Shown here: positions 38,603 through 50,680 of the stretch, one piece after another
Numbering within the stretch: the first letter of the stretch is position 1
Layout of the letters: each line of letters begins with the position of its first letter
Assembly (NCBI GenBank): GCA_010356995.1
Contig: ML996694.1
Coordinates: 1,115,224 to 1,169,901, forward strand
Reading direction: 5' to 3'
DNA: 54,678 nt
From: Trichodelitschia bisporula
Taxonomy: Eukaryota
Position numbers and translations under genes: made by a program
The notes under the pieces: model-generated
Database searches by the model: none
Seen by the model: only the letters and a program-made list of their open reading frames with translations
Told to the model about the DNA's origin: nothing

Positions 38603-41600
38603 ATGGACGCCAACGACCGCCGCCAGTGGCAGCCAGGCCTGCCCAACGGCCCCGCGTCTGGCATGCGGCCTATGCCTCCTCGCGGCGCTCTTCCCCATAG
38701 TGGTCCCTCCTCTGCTGGTCCGCCTTCTGCTGGTCCCCCCTCTGCTGGGTTTGCGCCGTCGATTACCTCCTCGGCGACGGGCAGCCAGTTCGGCGCGGGC
38801 AGTCAGAGCAGCATCAGCCGCGCGGAGCGGTTTGAGGATGAGAAAAGACGCATTATTGATAGTTGTTTTGTGAAGCAGGATGAGAGTGGGCAGCGTATGT
38901 TGTGCGCCGTTGCGCTGTGTCGTTGCTGATCTTGGTAGTGGTCGAGAGCTACATCATCCATATCCGTGTGACTGAGGACGCGCAGTATCCCCAGACACCT
39001 GCCCCGCCGACGTCAGCGCCAAACAACAAAAAGGAGCGCACGATTATCGTTGCTGTTCGTAATACCGGCCGTGTGCACATGCACAAGGCGCGCGAGAATC
39101 CAAACCGCTCGTACTCGATCGGCAAGACGTGGAATCTCGAGGACTTGACTGCTATCAAGTCGTTCGAGTACCTAACCCCGCGGAGCGACGAAGAGGCGCA
39201 GTTGAAAGAGTGGGCGGGCGACACGGGCTTCACAGTCACGCTCGCGAAGCCCTATTACTGGGAGTCCAGCACCTCCAAGGAGAAAGACTTCTTCATCGCC
39301 AGCCTAATCAAGATCTACCGCAAATACACCCAGGGCAAAGTCCCCGAACTCATCGGCTTTTCCCCGCGCGAAATGGACCAAATCCTCGGCGCAGGCCAGT
39401 CTCGCGGCCCATCATCCGGCTCGCCCGCACGTCCTCCCCCCTTTGCCCAGCGCGCAGATGCCCGCGGCCCGCCCTCCATCCCCAGCAGCACTGAATCACC
39501 ACCCCCAGACTCTGCCCGCCGCCCACCGGGCTCCAGCTCCAGCGACCGCCCCTTCCGCCCGCCGTACGCGCAAAACGCGCGCCCCGCTTCGCCCGGCCCC
39601 GGCGCGCCCCCGAGCGCATACACCGAGCCGCGCCAGCTCCGTCCACGGCAATCCAGGGAAGCAGAGCTGCGCCAGCCCCCGAGCCGCGAGCAGGTGCGCT
39701 CGCCCGGCCTGCCCCCGCCGCGCCTCATGCCGCAGCAGCCTGACCCGCCGGAGCGTCAGCGTACGCCTGATTCGCTTATGATTGGCGGGGGACGGGGGGT
39801 GCCTGCTCCGTCGAGGAGCCCGGAACAGAGGAAGCCGTATGCGCCGCCGGAGAGGAAGGAGGAGACGGGTGTTAATGGGAATGGGTTGGGGATTTCGGGG
39901 AGTGCGGGGGAGAGGTGGAAGCAGAATGGGGCGTCGCCGGAGGGGGGAAATTTGACGGCTAGGCGTGTGGCGGCCAATCCGAGTCCGTTGAAGGCGGAGG
40001 TGAATGGGAGGGATGAGGCTAGGGAGCCGAAGGTTCCGGTGCCGGAGAGGAGGCGGCCGGCGATGGCTGCGCAAGTTCAGCAAAAACCAGCGCAGGCAAA
40101 CGGCGCGCAAACTGGCTTCCGCCCGCCTAGTGCATCGAGCGGCGTAAAGGCCGAGCAACCGCAGCAACCACAGCAGCCGCAACCGCAACGACCTTCAGTA
40201 CAAGCCGAAACGCTTAGCTCCGCCAGCATCAAGGCCAAAACCGAGCGCACTCCCGGTGCATTTGTCACGACGCCTTCGCCGGCAGAGCAAGAACAAAAAG
40301 CGCTTGTACCTCCACCCCTCCAACCTCCAAAACCCAAAGACGAACCCGCTCCCCTCAAACCCAGCATCGACAAAAAGCTACCCCAACCCGCACCTACCCT
40401 ACCAGTGGAACCCGAACCCAAAATGCCACCGAAACCCGCAGACCCCACCCCCATCCCCGCCGCAGAACCGAAAGAAGATGCCGCCAAGCCCACCGCCGCC
40501 GACGGCGAAGACGACGCCTCGCGCCCCGGCCTCGGCCGCATGTTCGGCGGCAACAAGCGCACGGCCAAAGACCTGTTCAAAACCGCCGCGTCCGCATACG
40601 GCGCCTTTGTCCCGCGGGCCGGCGGCGCGGCGGCGAAGTTACGGGCTCAGGCTGAGCCGAAGGGGGGGGAGCCGGATGGGATTAGTGGTGTGGTGCCGGC
40701 GCCGAGTTTGGTGAGGGTTGCGACGGATGAGAGTGCGAAGTTTGCGAGTCCGACGGAGACGCTGAAGGAGAGTGCGAAGGAGGGCTCGATTCAGGGGACG
40801 CCGACGGAGAAGGTTGCGAGTGCGGGGTTGCCGGAGGTTACGGTTAGTAGTCCGTTGACGCCGGATGCGAGTAAGAGCTTGCCGCTGTTGCCGCAGCCGC
40901 AGGAGGTGAAGTCGGTGGAGGAGGCGAAGGCGCCGACGCCGAGTGCGGTGGCGAGTGCGGCGGCTAGTGCGGCGGCTAGTGCAGCGGCCAGCGCGGCGCA
41001 GAAGAAGATTAAGTTGGCGGAGGAAGAGGCGGCGAGGCGTAAGAAGCAGCGCTCGGCGCAGCAGAATAAGTATCTGGTTACGCTGGGCGTAGATCCTTCG
41101 CTGTTCGAAGAGCGGGGCCTGGACTTTGAGAATGCGCTTGAGGACTTTGGGTGGAAGGGGAGCGCATTCCAGGCGAAGAATCTCGACACGCTTGAGGCGG
41201 ATATCCGACGTGAAATCAGCCGCGTCGAAGCAGGGAGCTGGCTCGGCCATCTGGAGCAGAAGGACGAGCGTGTCGAGGCGGTGGAGCACCTGCTCGACCG
41301 CGCTATTGCGGAGTGTGATGAGCTCGAGGGCTTGTTGACACTGTATAGCGTCGAGCTGAGCGTACGTTTTGCCCCCCCTCCCCGTACTAACGATAAGGCT
41401 AACTCCGCGCAGAGCCTCAACGAGGACATCGCCTTCATCGAAGCCCAATCCCAAGGCCTGCAAGTCCAAACCGCCAACCAAAAACTCCTGCAAACCGAGC
41501 TGCAAGCTCTAATTCAAACCATTTCTATAACCCCGCAGGAACTAGAGCCGCTGAAGCGCGCCTCCCCCAGCACGCCTGAGGGCTTGGAGGCGATTGAGCG

Positions 41601-43531
41601 CGCCCTCCTCGCGCTGTACAAGGCCATGACGACGATAAACCCGCAAATCAGACAGATTAACGCCGTCCCCGCGCGCACCTCGCTGTCGAACACCGAGCTA
41701 AGCACCATGTCCGCGCTGCAGGACAAAAACGCACAGTACCTAGCCGAAACGGCTACCTTCCTCGACCGCCTCAAACTCTTCCTGGACATGACCTTCGGCG
41801 CCGCGCTGCTCGACGCCCGCGACGCGGCCGCCAAGCTGCCCCCTACGTCTACGTCTAAGCTCTCGGTCGAGGCACACGATGTCGGGAGAGCGGCGCTGTG
41901 GAAATACTCGCCGCTTATGTTGTTTGCGAAGGAGGTCGATCCTGGGACGTGGGATTTGTTGCTTAGGATGTATACCGCGCGGGCGCGCGTCCTCTACGCT
42001 GACGAAATCCGCGATGCAGCGCATGCGTGGCGCAGAATGGCAAGGAAGCCGAGTGGGGATGAGGCGGATATTTTGTTCACGAGCGCGGAGCGGGAGACCG
42101 AGGGGTTGACTACCACGGCCCGCAAGCTTACGGTTAAGCGCTCTCAGACGCTGGCCCGCGGCTTACGTGCGGCAAGCGGGGATAAAGAGAAGGACAAACC
42201 CCGCGCCGCCGCGGCGTCGGGGTCGCTGGCGCCGTACGAGGCCTTCGCCGGTCTCCTCGACGACCTGGTCCCGCTCATCGTGACCGAGCAGAATTTCCTC
42301 GTGTCCTTCTTCCACGCGAGCTCTGCCTCTTCGGGGGATTTCGCAGACGCGCTTGCCGTGGGACCGCCCGAGGCGCGGCGCGGACCGGACTTGTACGCGA
42401 GGCGCATCTTTGAGTTGGATAGGGATATGGCAAGGCGGGTTGCCGATCTGATGGGAGATATGTTCGCGTGCCTGCCTCAAGAGCTGGGTGGCGGGGTGGA
42501 GTGGGCGCTGAGGGCGGATGCGCTCCAGGGGGTAGGGATGATGGGAGCTTTGCAGCGGCATGCGCGGGCGTTGGAGGAGAGTAATCAGGATTTTGCGGTT
42601 AGGGCTTTGGGGACGTTGATTGCAAGACTAAGGGGTTTGTGGGATCGGTTTGTGGACGAGCAGTTGCGGGCGGTGGAGGAGACGAGGGTGCGGATTAAGA
42701 AACGGCGGGGGGTGTGCGGGTTTGTTAAAGTTTTTCCGGCGTTTGTGGGGGCGGTGGAGGGGATGTTGCCCCCCTCCAGCGAGGAGGGGGCGGGGGAGAG
42801 TGAGGTGAGAGCGTTGGTGGATAAGAGTTATGAGAGGTTGGTTGGGGGGATGTTTGACAGTTTGAGGGTTATTGCGAAGGAGGGCCCGGGGGCGGGGGGG
42901 GGTGGGGGGGATCCTGAGGATAAGGAGGCGTTGAATTATCATATTCTCTTGATTGAGAATATGCATCATGTGGTGGAGGAGGTGGATGCGAGAGGGAATG
43001 GGGTGTTGGAGGAGGCGAGGAGGGAGGCGAGGGAGGAACTTGAGGGGCATTTGGGGGCGTATGTGGATGCGGTTATTAGGAGGGGGTTGGGGAAGGTCAT
43101 GGTACGTTTTAGCCGAGCCGTTAGGCGAGGCGGTATGATGCTGGATATAATACTGACGCATGCAGGACTTCACCGAATCCCTCTCCCACGCCCTCGCCGC
43201 CCTCCCTGCCGGCACACCGCCCTCCACCCTAGCCAGCCGGCCCTCCTTCTCCCGCCCCGCATTCCGCAAGCTGGTCCAGGCACACGACGGCAAGGAGTTA
43301 AGGCGCGGTATCGAGGCGCTGCGCAAACGCGTTGAGAAACATTTCGCCGAAGGGGATGAGCCGGGGTTGTCTTCTAGGCTCGTGGGTGTTGTGTTGGGTG
43401 CGTGTGAGCGCGCGTATGGGGAGGCGTTGGAGCGCGTGGCGGAGGTGGCGAGGGAGGTGTATGAGGGCGAAGAGGGGACTGGCTTAGGGGGGAGGGAGGA
43501 GGTGGGGAGGTGGTTTCGGGGGGGGAGGTAG
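38603..43531 (+). CDS. SEC3: Exocyst subunit Sec3
   Basis: SRAERFEDEKRRIIDSCF, PH-like domain (HKAREN..YSIGKTWNLEDL), FIEAQSQGLQVQTANQKLL and EDKEALNYHILLIENMHH. Introns at about 38895-38938, 41362-41412 and 43102-43166. Confidence 0.93.
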
Positions 43532-43828
43532 GGGGGGCTTCTGGGTAAAGAGAGGGTGAGGGTACATGGTGGGGGAAGGGGGGGGTGGGACGCGGGTTCA
43601 TGTGCATGCATAGGCAGGTGGTATGGTTTGCGTTGCGTTTGGCTAGCTATGGATCTGTCTGTTCGTTTTCATGTCTTCATTGCGTGTCTTCATTTCGTCG
43701 TCGTGATGTCCTCGTACCGGTTAGTTCTAGTCTTCGACTGCGGACTCGCCCTGCCCCTTGCCTCCATCTTTGTCGGCGCTGAATCTGCGGGGTGGTTAGA
43801 GGGGAAGGTGGGGGTGGGTAAGGGGACG

Positions 43829-45724
43829 TTACCGCTTCAGCACGCGCTCGATGCCATCGAGTCCTTTTTCTAGGATTTCCATGCGGGGGCCGTAGGACAG
43901 GCGGACGAAGTCTGCGTTCGTTAGCTCAGCCTCGTCTCGCCCAGCCCAGCCTTGCCCTCCTCCTCCCCATCTCAAACCACAAAAAAAGGGGAAAACTAAA
44001 GAGAGAATAACTTACGATGACAGGGACTATCAAAAAGATCCCTCCTCTTACTCGGATTCAAATCAAAAAAGATCCCCGGCACAACAATAACCTTCTCCTC
44101 CAGACACGCCTGGAAGAAATTCAACCCATCGTTAATCTTCTCCGGCAAGCAGCGCAGATCCAACCACAGGTAAAACGTGCTATTCGGCACGAAGCGCTCC
44201 TCGATTTCAAACCCCATGTCCCGCAGCCGTTTAATCACATAATCCCTCTTATCGCGGAAATGCCGCTGCAGCGCACGCATCTCGTTGCGCACAAGCGGCG
44301 GATCCAGCATCGCAACCGCCGCTTCCTGGAAGGGCACATTTGTTCCCCCGTCCAGATAGCTCCCGCAGCTCCCCAGGGCCTTGATCCACGCCTTGGGTCC
44401 GACGATCCAGGCAACGCGCCACCCGGGGAGGCGGAAACGTTTCGTAAGCCCATCCACAATCAACACGTCGTCCTTCTCGACATCGCAGATGTTGTCCGCA
44501 GCGCTAATCACCGTCCCATCGCAGTCCGTCGTGTAATTGTACCCGCCGTAGAACTCGTCCATGATGAGCGTGGCCCGCTCACGACAGATATCTTGTATCT
44601 TCGCCAACTCCGGGTTTGTGGTTACGCGGCCCGTTGGGTTCCGCGGATTGGAGGTTAGGATTACGCTGGTGCCGCGTGCGATTTCGGAGGCGATGAGGGA
44701 GGAGTGGATGGAGTAATTGTCCTCTCGTTCCAGTGGTACCGGGATGGTGCCGAAGTTGCGGAAGAGCGACAGCATCTCGCTGTACGCCGTATAATCCGGC
44801 ACGAAGAAACCAAGGTACGCCTGTCCCAGCACGGCCGCGATGCGAATCAACCCCGCTCGCCCGCCCGGTACGATGCACACGTTCTCCCAGGTATACTGAC
44901 TCTCTTTCCCCGCCCTGTGATGCGCGTTGTATAGATTTGCGACAGCGGCGCGGAGGGGCTTGATGCCGGCTGTAGGACCGTATTCGCGGCTTGATACGGG
45001 GAGGGGGAGCGAGGTGGGCCGCGGGAAGGAGCCGGGGATGGAGTCTTCGGCTTCGGGGGCGCCTTGGCCCAGGTTCGACCAGGTTTCGGGGGAGTCGAGG
45101 TAGCCGTGCTCGTAGGCGCGTTCGCTGGTCCAGACTACGCCGGTGGAGGCGCGGGTGGGGTCGAGGCCGGCGTGGGGCTTGTGGCCTTCGTGGGCGGTGC
45201 GGAAGGCGAGGTGGATTGTGGAGTTGGATTCTGGAGGCGTGGTTGGCACGGCGTTTGGGGAGAGGGAGTTGAGAAGAGGGATGGGGTGCAGGATTTAAGG
45301 ATACAGGATTGAGAGATGCAGGATTTAAGGATACAGGATTGAGGGATACAGGATTTAAGGATACAGAATTGAGGGATACAGGAATTAAGGATACAGGATT
45401 GAGGGATACAGGAATTAAGGATACAGGATTGAGGGATACAGGAATTAAGGATAGAGGATTGAGGGATACAGGAATTAAGGATACAGGATTGAGGGATGTA
45501 GGATTTAAGGATACAGGATTGAGGCATGCAGGAGATAAAGATGACTTTGGGGATTGGAGGAGTTGGAGGTGCTAGAGATTACAGAGAGCAGAGGGAACTT
45601 GGCGAGGCTGAGGAGGGGTGCGCGGGTGAGGGATGGGGAAAGGGAACGGTGAAGGACGGTACCATTTGTAGAGAAGCGGCGTTCGCGCGCAGGCATTGGA
45701 TTTTCATTCTTGTGTTCAGACATC
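43829..45724 (-). CDS. PLP-dependent aminotransferase class I/II; 5' exon structure uncertain
   Basis: NLGQGAPE, SNPRNPTG, MDEFY, DGLTKRFRLPGWR (PLP lysine), VVPGIFF, and a last exon FVRLSYGP. The probable first exon MSEHKNENPMPARERRFSTN lies upstream of a minisatellite. Confidence 0.85.
45288..45533 (+). repeat. Minisatellite: 30-bp unit (two related 15-mers), about 8 copies
   Basis: Repeated GGATACAGGATTGAG-GGATACAGGAATTAA (variant GGATTTAA). Confidence 0.95.
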
Positions 45725-46224
45725 GTGGGCGAAGAGGGGGAAGAAAACAGATTCACAACGGTCAAAGATAATCACCAACTGAGGGGCAAGAGCGGTCATT
45801 CAAATAGGCCTTGGAGGGGTTGTTTGTCCAGTGCGACTCAGGGCAGCACGATGGCATCATCAAGGGTTCTGGTTGGCTACATAAGGCAAAAGAAGTATTG
45901 CCTACCTGCATGCGGTTGGAGGATGGAATGTTTCCGACGGCATTTGACGGCATTTGGAGTATGCAGGGCGTTTACTACGTAGCGAGGTGTGCGCGTGGGG
46001 GGGGAGGAGCGGGATGAGGGGGATGGGGAAGATGTAAGCTTTGGTGCGCGATAATGGTTGCTGTGTGCCAGTTAGTAAATATGGAAGCAAGTGGTGAAGC
46101 TGGTGATGGTTGGCATGGCCGTATGAGTTTATATCGGGTAATGATCGCCCTAATGCGCGGTTAGCTGCGAGTGGCTGGTGAAGAAGTGGCTGAGGATATG
46201 CGCGATCCTTGGCAGATGCTTCTC

Positions 46225-46460
46225 ATGTGGCTAGATGTGGCTAGATGTGGCTAGTGAAGCTGCAATCCTCCGGAGCTGCTGTCCAATCAATCACGTCAGC
46301 TCTCCCCAGCTCTCTCCAGCTCTCTCCAGCTCTCTCCAGCTCTCCAATCGATCACCTCCCTCTTACCTCTTCGCCCCGCCATTCCCCACGCCAGCGGGCC
46401 TGTCGAGTGGTCACTTGAAAAGCAAGAAAGCAAGAAAGCAAGAAAGCAAGAGAGCAAGAG
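46225..46460 (+). repeat. Cluster of short tandem repeats
   Basis: (ATGTGGCTAG)3, (CAGCTCTCTC) about 4-5 copies, (AAGCAAGA) about 4-5 copies. Confidence 0.8.
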
Positions 46461-47107
46461 ATACGGGACGAGGTAATGGCCGGAGAATGGACGATGGGTG
46501 GTTGATTCGGCGCGTGTTGGTTGCTCGCTTGTCTGCTGCGTGAAGGGGAAGCTCTGCAAAGCAGCTCCCCCCTCTACCCCCAATAATCATTTCCCGTGCA
46601 CGACATGTGACCTCGTCTCTTACCCCTCTTTGTCATAGTGTCATAGGTTGTTCCACTCCGCACGGAAAGCCCCCTGTAGAGTTGCTCCACTGGAGGGATT
46701 CATCTTCAAGGATTGGCACAAAGTCACTGCCGTCATACCCCCGCTTTTGCCGCGTAATCCTTCCCGCGGGGACGGCCATCACTTTTCCATCAGTGCTTGA
46801 TCGGTTGAAGAAAAAAGTCCCGCGTCTTGTCCGTCACGTGACCCGCCGCCCCTCAGTCCCTCCCTATTTTGGAGGACTGCGCCGCTTCCCAGCCCTCCCC
46901 CAAGCGCTTCTTTACCACAACCCTTCGTCGTCTTGCTTCACCTTCAACCCACCCTACCAAACCTCAACCTCAACCCCCGGATAACCTCAAAAAAAACCTC
47001 TCTAAACAACCGAACTTTCCACCACACATCACGACCATTAACCTACCATCACGAACAATTGCCCGTCGGCGTAGAGAAGACTCCCTCCATGAGCCACATC
47101 CGCCGCG

Positions 47108-48975
47108 ATGCCCCGAAAGAAACAACCCCCTCAGGCGTCGCCGTACGAAGAACAGCCGTCCTCGACCGTGCAAGGCCAGCCCGACGAACAAGCAGTATGG
47201 AACAACACGAACCCCGCCCTGCCACGCGGCCGCGCGCCCAAAGACAAAGACGCGAAGACAGCGCGCTACACCTGCACCACGGTCGACGAGCTCGAGAAAC
47301 ACCTGCGCGAGTACCTGGACAACCCCCCCGCGGAGCCCGCCCACAGCACCTGCGAACTCGAGATCTGGGGCGGCACGCCCTTCACCGTCACCCTCGGCCC
47401 GTCGCAGCCCCACCGCCGCCTCCGCGAGGGCGAGGAGGCGGAACAGGTCGAGACGCAGGTGGTCACGATGACGGTGCTCGACGCGCTGCACCAGGGGTAC
47501 GATGCGAAGGAGATGATGCGCGTGCAGCGCGCGGTCGCGAAGCAGTGCATTGCCGCGGTGCAGCGCGTCGACGGATACCGCTACTCGTTCCACAATAACT
47601 GGCGCAGTCGCGAGGAAAATGCGTACCGGTACTCGTACTACTGCAACGATAGCCTGCTCAACAAGGACCGCGTTGCGAACGGCAAGGCGGGGACGCAGGG
47701 CAAGCGGCCTACTAAACCGGTGTTCGACTGCAAGGGTATTCTTCATGTTAAGTTCTCGACTACGCGCCAGTGCGTCGATGTCATCTACAACCACATCCCG
47801 CTGCACGACACGTACGAGGCGCGCGCGCCCCCGCCCCGCCGCGAGGCCAAGCGCCGCGCCGACTGGGAGCAGACCCACCCGGGCAAGCCGCGGGAGGAGG
47901 GCGACGAGGGCGCCGACCCAGCTGTGCCCGCGCCGCCGGTCCGTGGCCGGAAACGGAGACGCATAGAAGCGCAGCCCGCGCCGCCGCCGCCAAAGACGTC
48001 GCGTGAAAACGACATGCTGCAGGAGAGCCTCAAGTCGCTGCTTGAAATCATCACGGATAAGGAGGAGCCTCCGGTGCCGGTCCCGCCGACGCCGGATATG
48101 CCCAATGCGGCGCAGCCGGGGGTTGAATGTGATATTTGCGTGTCGCAACGCGTACGCGTAAGTTGCTAGTGTACCCGCGTTTTAAGCTTCGATTAGCTGA
48201 TGGTGTTATGTTAGTGCGACAGGGCGCATCCCTTCTGCCGCTCCTGCCGCGACCGCGGCTGGCCGTGTTTCTACTCCCCGCGCGGAGCCGCGCTCCCGCC
48301 GTTCCCCGACTCCGACGCCATGCAGCAAAACGCCATCGCCGCGCTGACCATCGCAAACGCAAACGAAGACCTAAAGCGCGACAACCGCAAACTCATCGAC
48401 GATCTAGCTACCACGCAAAAAGAGCTCGCAGACTCGCAAACGGCGCTGCACGACTCGCAGGACCGTGTCAGGAAGTTAGAAGACCAGCTAAGGGTTGAGC
48501 AACTCCGCGCCCAACAGGCAGCTCAGCAGGCGCAGGCGGCGCAGCAGCGCGAGCAACAGCAGCGCGAGCAGGCGCAAAGGGAGCGTGAACAGCGCGAGCA
48601 ACAGCAGCAGGAACAGCAGGCCAGACACGTCCAGCAGCAGGTCCAGGTGCAACAGGTCCCGCAACCGCAGGTCCAGACTCATGTCCCCGCCCCTGAGCGC
48701 GCGGCGTCCCGCTCGTCGCACGGGTATATGGCGGGCGTGATGAATGCCCCCGAGCGCTCGCCTATGCTCACGCGCCGCGGTCCGAGCACAGGGTACGGCG
48801 CGAGCGGGGTGCATGGAGGGCATGCGGCGAGTGGAGTGCATACGACGGGAGTGCATGCGACTGGAGTACATACGGGGCACGCGGCGAGCGGCGTGCACAC
48901 GAGCGGCGTGCACACGGGCTATTCGGCGTCCACGGCGCATGCGGCGCATACTGGGCATGCTGCCGTGGCGCAGAC

Positions 48976-49014
<39 letters not shown>

Positions 49015-49219
49015 GGTGTACGCGCAGAGCGAGCAGCCAGTGCAGTGGCGTGGGCGGGGCGCGGAGACGCATCTTGATGGGTCGGGGAGGGGGGCACAGC
49101 CGGGGTATGCACAGGCTGGGGAGGGACGGGGACAGGGTGTGGGTGGGTGGGCGGCGGGGTATCCGGTTTATGGGCAGGGGGGGTTGGGGGAGGGGTGGGG
49201 GATGAGTTCGTTGCGGTAG
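47108..49219 (+). CDS. Putative transcription factor: WRKY/GCM1/FAR1-like domain + internal Zn(II)2Cys6 cluster + coiled coil + Gln/His-rich tail
   Basis: Intron 48158-48214 joins CDICVSQRVR to CDRAHPFCRSCRDRGWPC (C-x2-C-x6-C-x6-C-x2-C-x6-C) and continues in frame into the 48320 ORF. The N-terminal part has YYC...DCKG...VIYNHIPLH. Confidence 0.75.
48977..49012 (+). repeat. CAG trinucleotide repeat (polyQ)
   Basis: About 11 CAG codons in frame in the TF gene. Confidence 0.9.
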
Positions 49220-49449
49220 GGGGGTGAGGGTGGAGAGGGGATGGGGTTACGAGGGGGAAGGGGGGGGTGGGGGAAGGTGGAGTTGAGGTGGGGAATTCGG
49301 TGTTGAGGTGTTCTTTTTTTTTCGGGCGGGATATTTGATTCAGGAGTTGCTGATTTAGCGGAGCGACGTAGCTGGGGGATTGAAGTAATAGGGGTCGTTG
49401 TCGTGGTGTGAGATATCTATGTTGTCGGTTGAGCGGGCTTGATACTACG

Positions 49450-50680
49450 GTATGCCAGAGTGAGTGTGTGGATTTACAGAGCGGAGGGCTAATGGAATAG
49501 GGACTTAAGGTCATTGCTAGCCAGATGAATTTATACGCGATGGGCTTTTTGGGCTCTGGTGTTCCGTTTCTGCTTTTGCATGTGTCGCTGTCGCCCACTG
49601 GGGTGCCTGGTGTAGAGTGAGTGTGGATTTATGAGGGCGCGTGCTGATGGGATAGGGGTCGATGGGATGTTTGGTGGCGGGATGGGGTCATGCACGACGG
49701 GCGTGATCTGGCGATGATGTTTGAGATTTGCGGTCTGCGGTTCTGTATCGACGTTATTGGCGGTTGAGGGGCGTGATGGAGGGTGAGTGTGCGACTTGAC
49801 GAGAGTGAATGCTGATGGGATAGGCAGTTGATGACCCGTTACTATTTGGATGGGTTCGGGCACGGCGGGCATCGTCTCTCTGATGTGTTTCATCACCTTT
49901 GCAGTTCTGTGTCTCCGTTATCGGCCATTGAGATGCCCGATGTAGGGTGAGTGTGTGAGTTTACTAAGGGCCGATGCTAATGGGATAGGGAGTTGATACA
50001 CCATTCTTAGCCGGACGAATTCACACAAAGGGCATAATATATCTATGTCACTGTGGACCGTGAATCCCTCTCAAGGCAGAGGTTCAATTTCAAGAATCTT
50101 GCGTTGGGGGCTTAAAGAGTCAGCAAAGATAAGCGGGAAATACTCTTCGCGTTGTCCCCTAGGGTAGGCGCTTCCTAGGAGCCTTTGCCAGCCAGCACAG
50201 GCTCCAAGTGGAAGCCATCGCTCGTAGGCTATGGTGGTTGCCATGAGCGTCTCTCGGCGTGTGAAGGCTCCTGGCCCTGGAGGGGTCCTGTGACATATGA
50301 TCTCTATGCGGTCGGTGGTAAGGGACTTCGAATGTAGGTTGAGTATGTGAATACACGAGGGCGGATGCTAATGGGATAGGTGGGTTAGGGGCCATTGTTG
50401 GCTGGATGGGCTCAGACGACGGGGGTCATCTGGCTTATGGGTTCGGGTTGCTTTTGCTTTTGCTTTTGCACTTGTGTCCTCGCTACTGTCCTATGTAAGA
50501 TGAGTGGGGGTTTGACGAGAGCGGATGCTAATGGGATAGGGAGTTGATGCACGATTCTTAGCCGGATGAATTCATACACGATGGACGTAATATCTCTGAT
50601 GTTTTCGATTTGCTGTTTGCATTTGTGTCTCCGTTATCGGCCTCTGAGATGCATCGAAGTGTGGGTTGGGGGTACGTCAG
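49450..50680. repeat. Degenerate ~160-bp tandem satellite
   Basis: Core GCTRATGGRATAGG at 49488, 49643, 49811, 49976, 50367 and 50527, with shared flanks (TGAGTGTG..., TTTGCA..TGTGTC..CGTTATCGG). Confidence 0.8.

Noticed and set aside
45288..50680. CRISPR-like reading of the 30-bp and 160-bp arrays
   Set aside because: The context is eukaryotic with no cas genes. The 30-mer has no unique spacers, and the inter-core sequences of the 160-mer are homologous to each other.
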